Below, piece by piece: positions 42,942 to 53,258 of a stretch of 64,000 bases of DNA. The translations under genes were made by a program, and so were the position numbers. The notes beneath the pieces are model-generated. The model saw only the letters and a program-made list of their open reading frames with translations. It had not been told where the DNA came from and searched no databases. This stretch comes from an uncultured Gammaproteobacteria bacterium (GTDB taxonomy: Bacteria > Pseudomonadota > Gammaproteobacteria > UBA9214), in the NCBI GenBank assembly GCA_963748215.1, contig CAVVHS010000006.1, forward strand, positions 384,001 through 448,000. The letters are read 5' to 3'. Numbering within the stretch: the first letter of the stretch is position 1; the number at the start of each line of letters is the position of its first letter.

Positions 42942-44747
42942 TCAGTGTCCCTCGTACATGCGCTCGACCGTTTCGGAGAAGTGCTCCAGTATGCGGTTGC
43001 GCTTGAGCTTGAGCGTCGGGGTGATCAGCCCGTTGTCGATGGTCCAGGGATCCAGTGTGCAGCTGACGCGGTAGATCTGCGCATAGCCCGGGAAGGCGGT
43101 CAGCAGGCCCTTGAGTCGTTCGCACACGGCCTGCTCGAGGATCGGGTCATTGATCGATTCCGATGCGTGCGGATCGAGCCCGAGCCCGGCCGCGAACAGT
43201 TTCCACTGCTCCGGTTCAAGAACGATGAGGGTGGTGAGGAAGGGGCGGTTGTCACCGATCACCAGTACCTGCTCGAACAGCGGATCGAGGGCAATGGCCA
43301 TTTCCATATCGGCGGGTGGCACCTTTTCGCCGTTGGCAAGCACAATGATTTCCTTCAGCCGGCCGGTGATGTAGACATGATTATTCTCGATCCTGACCTT
43401 GTCACCGGTGTGAAACCAGCCCTCGCTGTCGATTACCTGGCCGGTTGCCTCCGGGTTGTCCCAGTACCCCAGCATGATGCTGGGGCCGCGTGCGATCAAT
43501 TCATCGTTGTCCGTGACCTTCAATTCCATGCCGCGCAGCGCAACCCCCACGCTCTTCGGGTCGTTGTCACCAGGCGGGTTGGCGGTGAGGATCGGACTGG
43601 TCTCGGTCAGGCCGTAGCCCTGAACCAGTTGCAGGCCAAGCCCGATGAACACCTTGGCAACCTGCGGCGATAGCGGCGCGCCGCCGGCGGTGGCGAGGCG
43701 CATGCGTCCACCGAGCTTGGCCATGATCTTGCCGGCTACCAGTTTGTCGAGCAATGGCCAGAGCAGAAACGACGGGCGCCAGCCAGCACGTCCTTGCTGG
43801 TATTCAAAGCGTGCCCAGCCGACTTCGACGGCGGCATTGAACAGCCGTCCGGCGATGGGTGATTTTTCCGCCAGCCCGGCCTGCACCTTGTTGTAAACGC
43901 GCTCGTAGATGCGTGGCACCGCGTTCATCAGGGTTGGCCTGACAGTTAACAGGTCCTCGCCCAGTTGCGGGATGGAACGGGCGTAGGCAATGGTCGCACC
44001 GACCATCATCGGCAGGTAGTAGCCGACCGTGCGTTCGAAGGTGTGCGACAGTGGCAGGAAAGAGATCAACAGGTCTTCGGGTTGTACCTCTACGATCTCG
44101 AGGGCGCGGTCACAATTGAACAGGATATTCCAGTGACTCAGCATGACGCCCTTGGGTCGGCCGGTGGTGCCCGAGGTATAGACGATGGTGGCGAGTTCGT
44201 TCGGGTCACCGTCGTTGCTGAGCAGATCGCCGCCATTCCCGGGAAGCCAGTCTGCTATCGTGCGCACACGTGTTTCGTGTTCCGGCACCTGTACCGGTTC
44301 CAGCGTCAGGATGCGTTGCAATCCATCCAGGTTACCAAGTACGGTGCGGATGCCGGCCCAGTGTTCCTCACCCTGCAGAAACAGTAGCTTGCTCCCGGAG
44401 TTGTTGAGGATGTAGGCGGCGTTGTCAGGACGGTCATCGGTGTACAACGGTATTACCACCAGTCCGCAACCGAGTGCGGCCTGGTCGAAAGCGACCCATT
44501 CCCGGCAGTTGCGCATGAGTATGGCGACACGGTCACCATGTGCCAGCCCCTCGGCCGTAAAGGCAGCCTGCCAGCGCGCAACCTCGTGTCCCATGTCGGC
44601 CCAGGTGTAATCGTGCCATTGCCGGTCGCTGTCGCTGAACTGGCGGTAGGCAACCTTGCCGGGTGTCAGGCGTACCCGCTCGCGAAACAGACCGGCCAGT
44701 GTCCGCGCGGTTTCTGCCGGAATCTTGCCCGTTGATGTGCCCTGCAT
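42942..44747 (-). CDS. Long-chain fatty acid--CoA ligase
   Basis: YTSGTTGRPKGV, FLPLSH, GYGLTE, GWFHTGD, ITGR.KE. Confidence 0.92.
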   Translation of the reverse strand: MQGTSTGKIPAETARTLAGLFRERVRLTPGKVAYRQFSDSDRQWHDYTWADMGHEVARWQAAFTAEGLAHGDRVAILMRNCREWVAFDQAALGCGLVVIPLYTDDRPDNAAYILNNSGSKLLFLQGEEHWAGIRTVLGNLDGLQRILTLEPVQVPEHETRVRTIADWLPGNGGDLLSNDGDPNELATIVYTSGTTGRPKGVMLSHWNILFNCDRALEIVEVQPEDLLISFLPLSHTFERTVGYYLPMMVGATIAYARSIPQLGEDLLTVRPTLMNAVPRIYERVYNKVQAGLAEKSPIAGRLFNAAVEVGWARFEYQQGRAGWRPSFLLWPLLDKLVAGKIMAKLGGRMRLATAGGAPLSPQVAKVFIGLGLQLVQGYGLTETSPILTANPPGDNDPKSVGVALRGMELKVTDNDELIARGPSIMLGYWDNPEATGQVIDSEGWFHTGDKVRIENNHVYITGRLKEIIVLANGEKVPPADMEMAIALDPLFEQVLVIGDNRPFLTTLIVLEPEQWKLFAAGLGLDPHASESINDPILEQAVCERLKGLLTAFPGYAQIYRVSCTLDPWTIDNGLITPTLKLKRNRILEHFSETVERMYEGH

Positions 44748-44758
44748 AGTTGCTTCCC

Positions 44759-46802
44759 CTAGGATTCGAAGAGATGTTCCCAGCCGGCGTCGGGTGCGAA
44801 ACGCTCGCCCCGGAGCTTGTACAGATCGCGCAGTTGTCTGAGCAGGATATCCCTGCCTGCAGCGTCTATATAGTTGAGCGGCCCGCCGCGGAACGGCGCG
44901 AAGCCGGTGCCGAATACCATGCCGGCGTCGAGCAGGTCCGCTTCCGCGACGACCTGCTCGCGCAGGCAGCTGACTGCTTCGTTCAGCAGGCGAAGGATGA
45001 GGCGGCTGGTTATTTCCTCCATGTTCCAGGAACCTTCGCCATGCTTCGGTTTGATCGCCTTGCCATTCTTCCAGTGGTAGAAGCCCTGCCCGGATTTTTT
45101 GCCGAGGTGGCCGTCGGCGACCAGTTTGCTGAGATTCTGTGGAACCGATTCGTGAAAATGGCCGGCGAGTATTTTCGCAACATGCAGGCAGATGTCGAGC
45201 CCGACGGTATCGCCCAGCTCGACCGGTCCCATCGGCATGCCGAAGGTGGTCGCGGCCTTGTCAATCAGTACCGGTGGTACACCTTCCTCGGACAAGCTCG
45301 ACCGCTTCCATCAGGTAGGGCATGAGGATGCGGTTGATCAGAAAGCCGGGTGTGCTGTTGACTGGCAGGGGCAGCCGGTCGATGTGGCGCGTGAAGGTCA
45401 TGGCCTGTGAGCTGACTTCGGGCGCGGTGGATGCGCCGTTGACGATTTCGACCAGCATCATCTTCGACACCGGGTTGAAGAAGTGCAGCCCGACCAGGCG
45501 CCCGGGTTGTTTCAATGCCGGTGTCAGTTCTTCCAGCGGGATGCTCGAGGTATTGGTGGCGAGGATGGCGCTGGCCTTCATGCGCGGCTCAATAGTCTCG
45601 TATAAAGAACGCTTTACCCCGGCATCTTCAAAAATTGCTTCAATAATAATATCGGCCCGTTCCACGCCCTGCGCCTTGTGGTCCGGCATCAGCCGGTCCA
45701 TTGCCGCGCGTACCTGTTCGGGCTTTTTGAGCTTTTTCGCAAACAGCTTGTGCGCACGTGCGATGGCCGGCGCGATGCGTTCCGGCGCCTGGTCCTGCAG
45801 CGAGACGTGAAAGCCGCGCAGCGCGCACCATGCCGCGATGTCTCCACCCATGGTGCCGGCGCCGATTACGTGTACGTTGCGCGGCTGGTAGGTCTTGTCC
45901 TTGCCCAGTGACTTCAGGTGTTCCTGCAGGAAGAACACGCGCACCAGGTTCTTCGCCGTCGCACCGGTAACGAGCTGCGCCAGCGACTGTGCCTCGGCGC
46001 GCAGCATGGCCGGCTTGTTATTGGCGTGTTTGCGCCAAACATCGATCATGGCGTAGGGGGCAGGGTAGTGCAGCCGCGAGGCTCGCCTGGCGACCTGCTT
46101 GCGCATCACGCCGGCCAGCAGCGGGCGAACCAGCGCATGGTTGGTCAGGCGGTCGATGAACCCGGGACGGCAAGGTGGCGGTGCTTCCACAACCAGCTTG
46201 CGTGCCGCACCGCGCAGGTGGCGTTCCGGTACCACCAGGTCGACGAAACCCATGCGCCGGCCGCTGCGGCCGTCGACCGTGCGACCGCTCAGGATCAGGT
46301 CCATGGCCTTGATGGCACCGATCAAGGGTACGAGTCGTGCGCTGCCGCCCCAGCCAGGATGGATGCCGAGACGCACCTCGGGCAGGCCGAGGCGGGTGCC
46401 GGGATCGTCGCGCGTGACGCGGTAGCGGCAGGCCAGCGCAAGTTCCATACCACCGCCGAGACAGAAACCATGGATCATCGCAACGGTCGGGAAAGGCAGT
46501 GCCTCGAGCCGGTTGAACACATCCTGACCGGTGTTGAGCAGGTCCAGGGCCTGCTGTTCCGTGGTGACCCGGGTAAAGGAGGTGATATCTGCGCCGGCGA
46601 TGAAGCCATTGGACTTGGCGGACAGGATAACCAGGCCGCGCGGGCGCCTCGTGGCGATGTCCTGCAGGTGCCGGTCAAGTTGCGCGAACACATCCAGGCT
46701 GAGTACGTTGGTGCCCGTATCGGCCTTGTCGAAGGTCAGCCAGGCGATGTTGTCGGCGTCGATCTCGAGCGTGAAATGTTCCTGAGCGGTGCTGTCGGTC
46801 AT
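44759..46802 (-). pseudogene. fadJ: Fatty-acid oxidation complex alpha subunit (FadJ-like hydratase/dehydrogenase), frameshifted near 45292
   Basis: Crotonase motifs FIAGAD, CLGGG.E, LPEV.LG; GAGTMG, HFFNP; C-terminus (GMPMGP, GTGFAPFRGGP) in another frame; possibly a sequencing error. Confidence 0.8.
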
Positions 46803-46916
46803 GGGTTGTGTTCCGTGTCGTTGATCTGCCGGGATGCAGGTAACCGCTTACGAGGATAATCGGATCGTGCGTGCACGCCATGGTGCGCGTAAACTGCTTC
46901 TGCTCGCCGTGACATC

Positions 46917-48221
46917 CTATGTCCGCTCGATCAGCAGGGCGCCACCCTGACCGCCGCCGATGCAGATGCTCGCCATGCCGCGCCTGGCGTTGTTCCGTTC
47001 GAGTGTCTTCAGCAAATGCAGCACGATGCGCGCACCACTGGTGCCGACCGGGTGACCGACCGCCACGCCACCGCCGTCGACATTGAGGCGTTCCTCGTCG
47101 ATGGATGTAAACGGGGTGTCACGACCAAGCTGGTCGCGGCAGAATTCCGCATCAGTCCAGGCGGCGAGACAGGCGAGGACCTGTGCGGCAAACGCCTCGT
47201 TGATCTCGATGTAATCGAGGTCAGGGGTGTCGAGCTCGTTGCGCTGCATGATCGGCGCCATGGCATAGCAGGGGCCGAGGCCCATCTGGGCAGGGTCCAG
47301 GCCCGCCCATTCGCTGTCGATCAGTCTGCCCATCACCTTCAGGTTGTGTTTCCCGATGGCTTCTTCCGAGGCGAGCAGGAGCCAGGCGGCGCCGTCGGTG
47401 ATCTGTGCGCTGTTGCCGGCGGTGACGTTCCCGACCGGCCGGTCGAACACGGGCCTCAGTTTGGCGAGCTTTTCCATGCTGCTGTCGGCGCGCACGCCGT
47501 CATCGTGGTTGTAGATCTTGCCCATGCTGTCGTAGAGGACCTCGATTTCATCGAGACGTCCCGCCTTGTGTGCGGCATCGAGACGCAGGTGACTGCGCAT
47601 GGCGAAGCTGTCCATCATTTCGCGCGTCACAGCGAAGCGGTGTGCGAGGATTTCCGCGGTTTGACCCATCGAGAGGCCGACTACCGGGTCGGTCAGTCCG
47701 CGCAGTAATGCGATAACCGGTTTGAAGTGGCCGGGACGCAGCCGGCCCAGCAGCTTCAGCCACGCGCCCGTCGTGCGTGCACCGGCCATGTCGGCGAGCC
47801 AGTGCACCATGGTTTCGTTGTAGAGTACCGGCGCGCGGCTCATGGACTCGGTCCCGCCGGCCAGCACCAGGTCGGAACGGCCGCTGGCGATATTCTGTGC
47901 AGCGGAGTCGATGGATTGCAGGCCCGAGGCGCAGTTGCGCTGCACGGTCCATGCCGGTACGCGATCGCCGCAGCCCAGACGGAGTGCGACGACACGGCCG
48001 ATGTTGGCCTCGTCCGGGCTCGGCATCATGCAGCCGAGGATGACCTCGTCGAGTGAATCCGGCGCGAAGGGCTGACGCGCCAGCAACGGCTGGCCTGCGG
48101 CGACCGCCAGGTCCGATGCTGCGAAGGGGCCGGGCCTGCCGCGTGCCTTCAGAAAGGGTGTACGGCTGCCATCGACTACATAGACCGGCCGGCCACCCCA
48201 TCCAGTTTGCTGTCGCCCCAT
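46917..48221 (-). CDS. fadI: Acetyl-CoA C-acyltransferase (thiolase, FadI-like)
   Basis: RTPF, RNCASG, NEAFA, GHPVG.SG, CIGGGQG. Confidence 0.88.
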   Translation of the reverse strand: MGRQQTGWGGRPVYVVDGSRTPFLKARGRPGPFAASDLAVAAGQPLLARQPFAPDSLDEVILGCMMPSPDEANIGRVVALRLGCGDRVPAWTVQRNCASGLQSIDSAAQNIASGRSDLVLAGGTESMSRAPVLYNETMVHWLADMAGARTTGAWLKLLGRLRPGHFKPVIALLRGLTDPVVGLSMGQTAEILAHRFAVTREMMDSFAMRSHLRLDAAHKAGRLDEIEVLYDSMGKIYNHDDGVRADSSMEKLAKLRPVFDRPVGNVTAGNSAQITDGAAWLLLASEEAIGKHNLKVMGRLIDSEWAGLDPAQMGLGPCYAMAPIMQRNELDTPDLDYIEINEAFAAQVLACLAAWTDAEFCRDQLGRDTPFTSIDEERLNVDGGGVAVGHPVGTSGARIVLHLLKTLERNNARRGMASICIGGGQGGALLIERT

Positions 48222-50650
48222 GTCTTCTGCTCCTTGGTGAAATATTCAGGTTCGAAATCGTCGACCTGTATGACAACCCTGCGTGCGGCGATGGCGGCGC
48301 GAATGGCATTCGCCTCGACCTCGGTGATTACACCCGCCGTCAGCCCGGCGTCGAGAGATGATTCCGGGTCGCCACGCGCGATCTTTCCGTTCTTCATGGC
48401 GATACGCAACTTGTGCAGCAGAGGTTCGGCGGCTGCGGCCTTCAGCAGCGCCATATCGAGCTGTGCAACCGGGTCCCTGTCGTCATCCGGAATATACACG
48501 CCTTCGGTAAGACGATCACGTAGCGCACCGGGTTGCATCAGGATATCGGCCACACGCTGGCTGAGTGCGTCGTCGGGGCGCTGATACGATTTGCCCAGCG
48601 GGAATGTCAGCAGGCGCGCGACGCGGGCCAGGAAACGGTTGGGGAGGTTGTTCAGTACCTCGAACAGGCGCAGCTGGATATTGTAGAGCAGGTCCCGGCA
48701 GGCCCATTCAAGCAGCGGCAGTTCGTCATCAGGTGAGCCGTTGTCGTAGTGATGCTTCAGGACGGCGCTGCCGAGGTAGAGGTAGCTCAGTACATCACCG
48801 AGCCGTCCCGAGATCGATTCCTTGCGTTTGAGACCTCCGCCCAGCGTCATCAGCGTAATCTCGGTGATGACGGCAAATGCCAGGCTCATGCGGTTGAACT
48901 GGCGGTAGAAGTGACCACGCAGTCCGTGCTGTGGTGCATGCAGCAGGCGACCGCAGCTGATGTTGTGGAAGAGGCTGCGGCTGAAATTGCTCATGACGTG
49001 GCTGCCATGCCCCAGCAATGCACTGTCGAAGGCGACGACGTCATTGTTGGCGGACGCTTCCATTTCCCGGAACAGGAACGGGTGACAGCGGATTGCGCCC
49101 TGACCGAAAATAATGAGGTTGCGGGTGAGGATGTTGGCGCCTTCCACAGTAATGGCGATCGGCAATGCCTGGTAGGAACGGGCGATGAAGTTGCTCGGCC
49201 CCATGCTGATGCCGCGACCGCCGAGGATGTCCATGCCGTCGTTCATGACGATACGCATGCGCTCGGTCAGGTGGTACTTGATGATTGCCGAGGCGACAGA
49301 CGGTTCCTCGCCACTGTCGAGTGCGGCGGTGGTGAAACCGCGTGCGCCGTTCATGATGTAACTCAGACCGCCGATGCGCGCCAGCACTTCGCTGACGCCC
49401 TCGAACTTGCCGATGGGTACCTTGAACTGCTTGCGCACGGCGGCGTAGGCGCCGACGGTGCGGCAGACCAGTTTGCCCGCGGCGGTACTGAGTGCCGGCA
49501 ACGAGATGGCGCGCCCGTCCGACAGGCAGTTCATCAGCATGCGCCAGCCCTGGCCCACGTAGTCCTGGCCGCCGATTACCCAGTCCATCGGAATGAACAC
49601 GTCCTTGCCACGGTTCGGCCCGTTCATGAAGGCCTGGCTCATCGGGTAGTGACGGTTGCCGATCTCGACGCCGGGGGTGTCGGTAGGAATCAGCGCCAGG
49701 GTGATGCCGACATCTTCCTGCTCGCCGAGCAGGTGCTCGGGATCGTGTAACTGGAAGGCTAGGCCAAGCAGGGTGGCGACCGGTCCCAGCGTGATATAAC
49801 GTTTCTCCCAGTTCAGGCGGATGCCAAGTACGTCGTCCTTGCCATCGAATTGCTGCCGGCACACGACGCCGGTGTCCGGCATCGAGGCAGCGTCACTGCC
49901 GGCCTCGGGACCGGTCAGCGCGAAGCAGGGGATTTCCAGGCCTTTCGCAAGTCGCGGCAGATAGTGCTTCTTCTGTTGTTCGGTGCCGTAGGACAGCAGC
50001 AGCTTGGCCGGGCCGAGCGAATTCGGCACCATCACGGTGACGCCGGCCGAGATGCTGCGGCTGGCGACCTTCATGACGATGGCGGAATGGGCATTCGCGG
50101 AAAACTCCAGGCCGCCGTATTGTTTCGGAATGATCATGCCGAAGAAGCCGTTGTCCTTGAGGTAATCCCAGGTTTCCTCGGTCAGGTCGTGGCGATCCTC
50201 GGTGATGTCCCAGTCACTGATCATGGCGCAGAGCTGATCGGCCGGGCCGTCGAGAAAGGCCTGCTCCTCCTTCGACAGCGCCGGGGCCTTGTAGCCCAGC
50301 ATGCGGTGCCAGTCAGGCTGGCCGCTGAACAGTTCGGCCTCCCACCAGACAGTCCCCGCTTCCAGTGCCTCGCGCTCGGTGTCGGACATGCCGGGCATGA
50401 TCTTGCGGTACAGTGACAGCAGTGGCCGCATGACGAGGGCATGGCGCAGTGGCGTGATCACCAGCAGTGCGGCAAGCGGGACGAACACGATCCAGGCGGC
50501 CGTTGCCAGTGCGAACGGCGGGCTGTGCACCAGGTTCCAGTAGACGAGGAGGGCGCCAATGGCCACTACCCAGAGGTGGCGTGATGCGTTGCGCGCCAGC
50601 AGCAGACTCGCGACGATCAGTACGACGAGTAATTCGGTCATCCACACCAT
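48176..50650 (-). CDS. fadE: Acyl-CoA dehydrogenase, long FadE type
   Basis: N-terminal TM helices, MVPNSLGP, PCFALT.P.AGSDA, WEKRYITL, ITVEGANILTR, C-terminal extension. Confidence 0.94.
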   Translation of the reverse strand: MVWMTELLVVLIVASLLLARNASRHLWVVAIGALLVYWNLVHSPPFALATAAWIVFVPLAALLVITPLRHALVMRPLLSLYRKIMPGMSDTEREALEAGTVWWEAELFSGQPDWHRMLGYKAPALSKEEQAFLDGPADQLCAMISDWDITEDRHDLTEETWDYLKDNGFFGMIIPKQYGGLEFSANAHSAIVMKVASRSISAGVTVMVPNSLGPAKLLLSYGTEQQKKHYLPRLAKGLEIPCFALTGPEAGSDAASMPDTGVVCRQQFDGKDDVLGIRLNWEKRYITLGPVATLLGLAFQLHDPEHLLGEQEDVGITLALIPTDTPGVEIGNRHYPMSQAFMNGPNRGKDVFIPMDWVIGGQDYVGQGWRMLMNCLSDGRAISLPALSTAAGKLVCRTVGAYAAVRKQFKVPIGKFEGVSEVLARIGGLSYIMNGARGFTTAALDSGEEPSVASAIIKYHLTERMRIVMNDGMDILGGRGISMGPSNFIARSYQALPIAITVEGANILTRNLIIFGQGAIRCHPFLFREMEASANNDVVAFDSALLGHGSHVMSNFSRSLFHNISCGRLLHAPQHGLRGHFYRQFNRMSLAFAVITEITLMTLGGGLKRKESISGRLGDVLSYLYLGSAVLKHHYDNGSPDDELPLLEWACRDLLYNIQLRLFEVLNNLPNRFLARVARLLTFPLGKSYQRPDDALSQRVADILMQPGALRDRLTEGVYIPDDDRDPVAQLDMALLKAAAAEPLLHKLRIAMKNGKIARGDPESSLDAGLTAGVITEVEANAIRAAIAARRVVIQVDDFEPEYFTKEQKTWGDSKLDGVAGRSM

Positions 50651-50883
50651 GAAAGCTTTCCCTGGCGCATGCGCGCCTGAAGTGTTTGTCCAGATACTAC
50701 GAATATATATTAAAAACAGCAACTAAGAACTTAGACTCGAATAACAATTTCGAGTTGCATGACGCGATTTTCGAACGCTGTTTTAATCTGTAGAGGCTAT
50801 CGGCAGGGTATGTATGAATATGAGCAGCTGCCGGGTGGTGCAGGCGGTGCGACCGGGTCCCTGAGGGCGCTGCGGTTGGCCGA

Positions 50884-52005
50884 CTACTCATCCAGCAGGC
50901 GCAGTGCCGTAAGCAGCTTTTCGCGCGGCGTGTAAAAGTGCGGCGAGAAGCGCACGCCACCGCCGCGCAGCGCGCAGGCGACGTGGTGTTGCCTGAGCGT
51001 TTCGAAAAGTGTATCGGGAGATTCACGCAAGGGTTTGAAGGTGACGATGCCCGCATACCGGCCCGTCGTGCATGGCGTGATGATCTCGTAACGATCGCCG
51101 CGCTCAGCCAGGAATTCCAGCATGAAATGCGAATTCTCCAGCACGCACTGTTCGATCCGTTCGATGCCGGCGTCCAGGATCAGGTCAAGACTCGCATGCA
51201 GGGCATGGATACCGAGCATGTTCGGGCTGCCGCATTCGAAACGGCGCGCGTTGTGCGCCACGTCGCGGGATGGGCTGTCGAAGTTGAGCGGGTCTTTCAG
51301 CATATGCCAGCCATACTGTTTGAGAGCTATGCGGTCCATGATTTCCTGGCGACAGTAAAAAACCGCAAGTCCTTCCGGGGCCAGTAGCCACTTGTGGCCG
51401 TCAGCCATTACGAAATCGGCCTGGCACGCACGCACGTTGATGTCCTGGGCGCCGAGGCTCTGAATTGCATCCACGCAGAACAGGATGTTGCGCTCTCGAC
51501 ATGCGGCGCCGAGTTTTACGAGATCCAGTCGCAGCCCGGTCCCGTACTGCACGGAACTGACCGACAGCAAACGGGTGCGGCCGTCCATCCGCGCAATCAG
51601 CGCTGCTTCGGGTGAGTCGTCCCTGCTCAGGTCGGCCTGGTGCGTTGTCACGCCCAGCGTTTCGAGCGATTCCCATACCACGCGGTTCGACGGAAATTCG
51701 TGATTGCTGATGACCACGTTGTCCCCGGCGGCCCACGGCAGGCCCCAGGCCACGACCGACAGGGCCTCCGAGGTGTTTTTCAGTAACGCAATTTCATCCG
51801 ACGAGCGGGCATGCAGCAGCTGGCGCAGCTGTTCACGCAGCAGTGTCTCGGTATGCACCCAGTCCGGGTAGTTGCGCGATCCGTAGCTGCCGTTTTCTTC
51901 GGCGAAGGCGCTGACCGCCTCGACCGTGCGCTTTGGCCAGGGTGCCACGGCGGCATGATTCAGATAGATGACATCTTCATGCAGCTGAAATTCGGATTCG
52001 TACAT
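50884..52005 (-). CDS. Class V PLP-dependent aminotransferase (cysteine desulfurase/C-S lyase-like)
   Basis: YLNHAA, NTSE, EFPSN, VDAIQSLG, DGHKWLL, RFSPHFY. Confidence 0.88.
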   Translation of the reverse strand: MYESEFQLHEDVIYLNHAAVAPWPKRTVEAVSAFAEENGSYGSRNYPDWVHTETLLREQLRQLLHARSSDEIALLKNTSEALSVVAWGLPWAAGDNVVISNHEFPSNRVVWESLETLGVTTHQADLSRDDSPEAALIARMDGRTRLLSVSSVQYGTGLRLDLVKLGAACRERNILFCVDAIQSLGAQDINVRACQADFVMADGHKWLLAPEGLAVFYCRQEIMDRIALKQYGWHMLKDPLNFDSPSRDVAHNARRFECGSPNMLGIHALHASLDLILDAGIERIEQCVLENSHFMLEFLAERGDRYEIITPCTTGRYAGIVTFKPLRESPDTLFETLRQHHVACALRGGGVRFSPHFYTPREKLLTALRLLDE

Positions 52006-52191
52006 GATGGCAATGGTGTTCCCGGTGTGGACTGTGCTTTCGCAGGTTACTGCGGTGCGCGAGAGGGCTGTTATTGCTTGCGCATACACGACAGGCGGGG
52101 TGGTCGGGGCAGCTCCACATTTCGCCTGTTACGGGTACAATGCACGCCATTCCCTGCCACGAGCCAACCCTAGCCAGAGCGTATAGTAAAA

Positions 52192-52746
52192 ATGACGTCC
52201 TGTCGTCCCGCGATCCGTATGCTGATGCTGGTAGTGCTGCTTGCTGCCGGCAAGGCAGTCGCTGCTGACGTGCACATACTGGTCGACACGACAGCCGGCA
52301 CGCTGTCGGTGCTGCAGGGCGAGAAGGTGCTCAGGGTCTTCGACGGTATCGCGGTCGGTCGCTACGGTGTCACTGATGCCAAAACACGCGGTGACAACAT
52401 GACCCCGCTGGGCTATTTCACCATCGGCTGGATCACTTCCAAAAGCCGCTACCACCGCTTCCTCGGGCTGAACTATCCCGATCTTGAATCTGCCTCAAGA
52501 GCATTCTTCAAAGGGTTGATTACAAAGGATGAATGGCTTGAAATCCGGCGCGCATCAAAGGCGGGGAGACGGCCACCCCAGAACACCCGGCTGGGTGGCC
52601 TGATCGGTATCCATGGCGTAGGGGCGGGGGACGCAACAGTCCACAGGGATTACAACTGGACCAATGGATGTGTGGCGCTGACCAACGAGGAAATCGATCA
52701 GCTGCTGGAGTGGGTGCAGGTCGGAACGCGGGTGGAAATACGCTAG
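52192..52746 (+). CDS. L,D-transpeptidase (YkuD family)
   Basis: Signal peptide, TPLG, LNYP, IGIHG...WTNGCVAL. Confidence 0.88.
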   Translation: MTSCRPAIRMLMLVVLLAAGKAVAADVHILVDTTAGTLSVLQGEKVLRVFDGIAVGRYGVTDAKTRGDNMTPLGYFTIGWITSKSRYHRFLGLNYPDLESASRAFFKGLITKDEWLEIRRASKAGRRPPQNTRLGGLIGIHGVGAGDATVHRDYNWTNGCVALTNEEIDQLLEWVQVGTRVEIR

Positions 52747-52880
52747 CCAATGAGACGGATTTGTCGCTATATGGCGTCATTTCAAGTTGTTGCGGATTTC
52801 ATGTAGCATACGCCACAACCGCCGGCCAACAGGGTGGTTGGATGACTAACGCGTTTTTAATTTTCGAGCAGGAGAAAGGA

Positions 52881-53165
52881 ATGTCAGTCAATATTACGAG
52901 TCAAGTTCGCATGCAGGTCCTGGCTGTCCTGGCAGCCGTCATGGTTGGTCTGTCCGGCTGTGCCTCAACCGGCACCGCAGAGATGGCCGCCATGCAGTCC
53001 AAGGTTGATTCCGCCAGCGCAGATGCTGCGTCTGCCAAGGCGGATGCCGCGGCTGCCAAGGCACAGGCTGCCGAAGCACTGAAGACGGCCAACGAAGCCA
53101 AGGCAATCGCCGAAGACACCGAGACCAAGATTGACCGCATGTTCAAGAAGGCCATGCACAAGTAA
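52881..53165 (+). CDS. Lpp/OprI-family alanine-zipper lipoprotein
   Basis: Lipobox LSGC, Ala-rich coiled coil, KIDRMFKKAMHK C-terminus; RBS AGGAG/AAGGA. Confidence 0.9.
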   Translation: MSVNITSQVRMQVLAVLAAVMVGLSGCASTGTAEMAAMQSKVDSASADAASAKADAAAAKAQAAEALKTANEAKAIAEDTETKIDRMFKKAMHK

Positions 53166-53187
53166 TCAGCAATCTCATGCTGTATTC

Positions 53188-53218
53188 AACAAGGCCCCGC
53201 AAGGGGCCTTGTTTTTTT
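53188..53218 (+). terminator. Intrinsic terminator after the OprI-like gene
   Basis: AACAAGGCCCC-GCAA-GGGGCCTTGTT followed by a T-run. Confidence 0.9.
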
Positions 53219-53258
53219 GCACTCAACACTTGCGTCTTGTAACTGCAAGCGTGGCAGA

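Noticed and set aside
48176-48221. 46-bp overlap of fadE and the thiolase gene
   Set aside because: Both frames are intact and the thiolase has an RBS (AAGGAG); compatible with translational coupling
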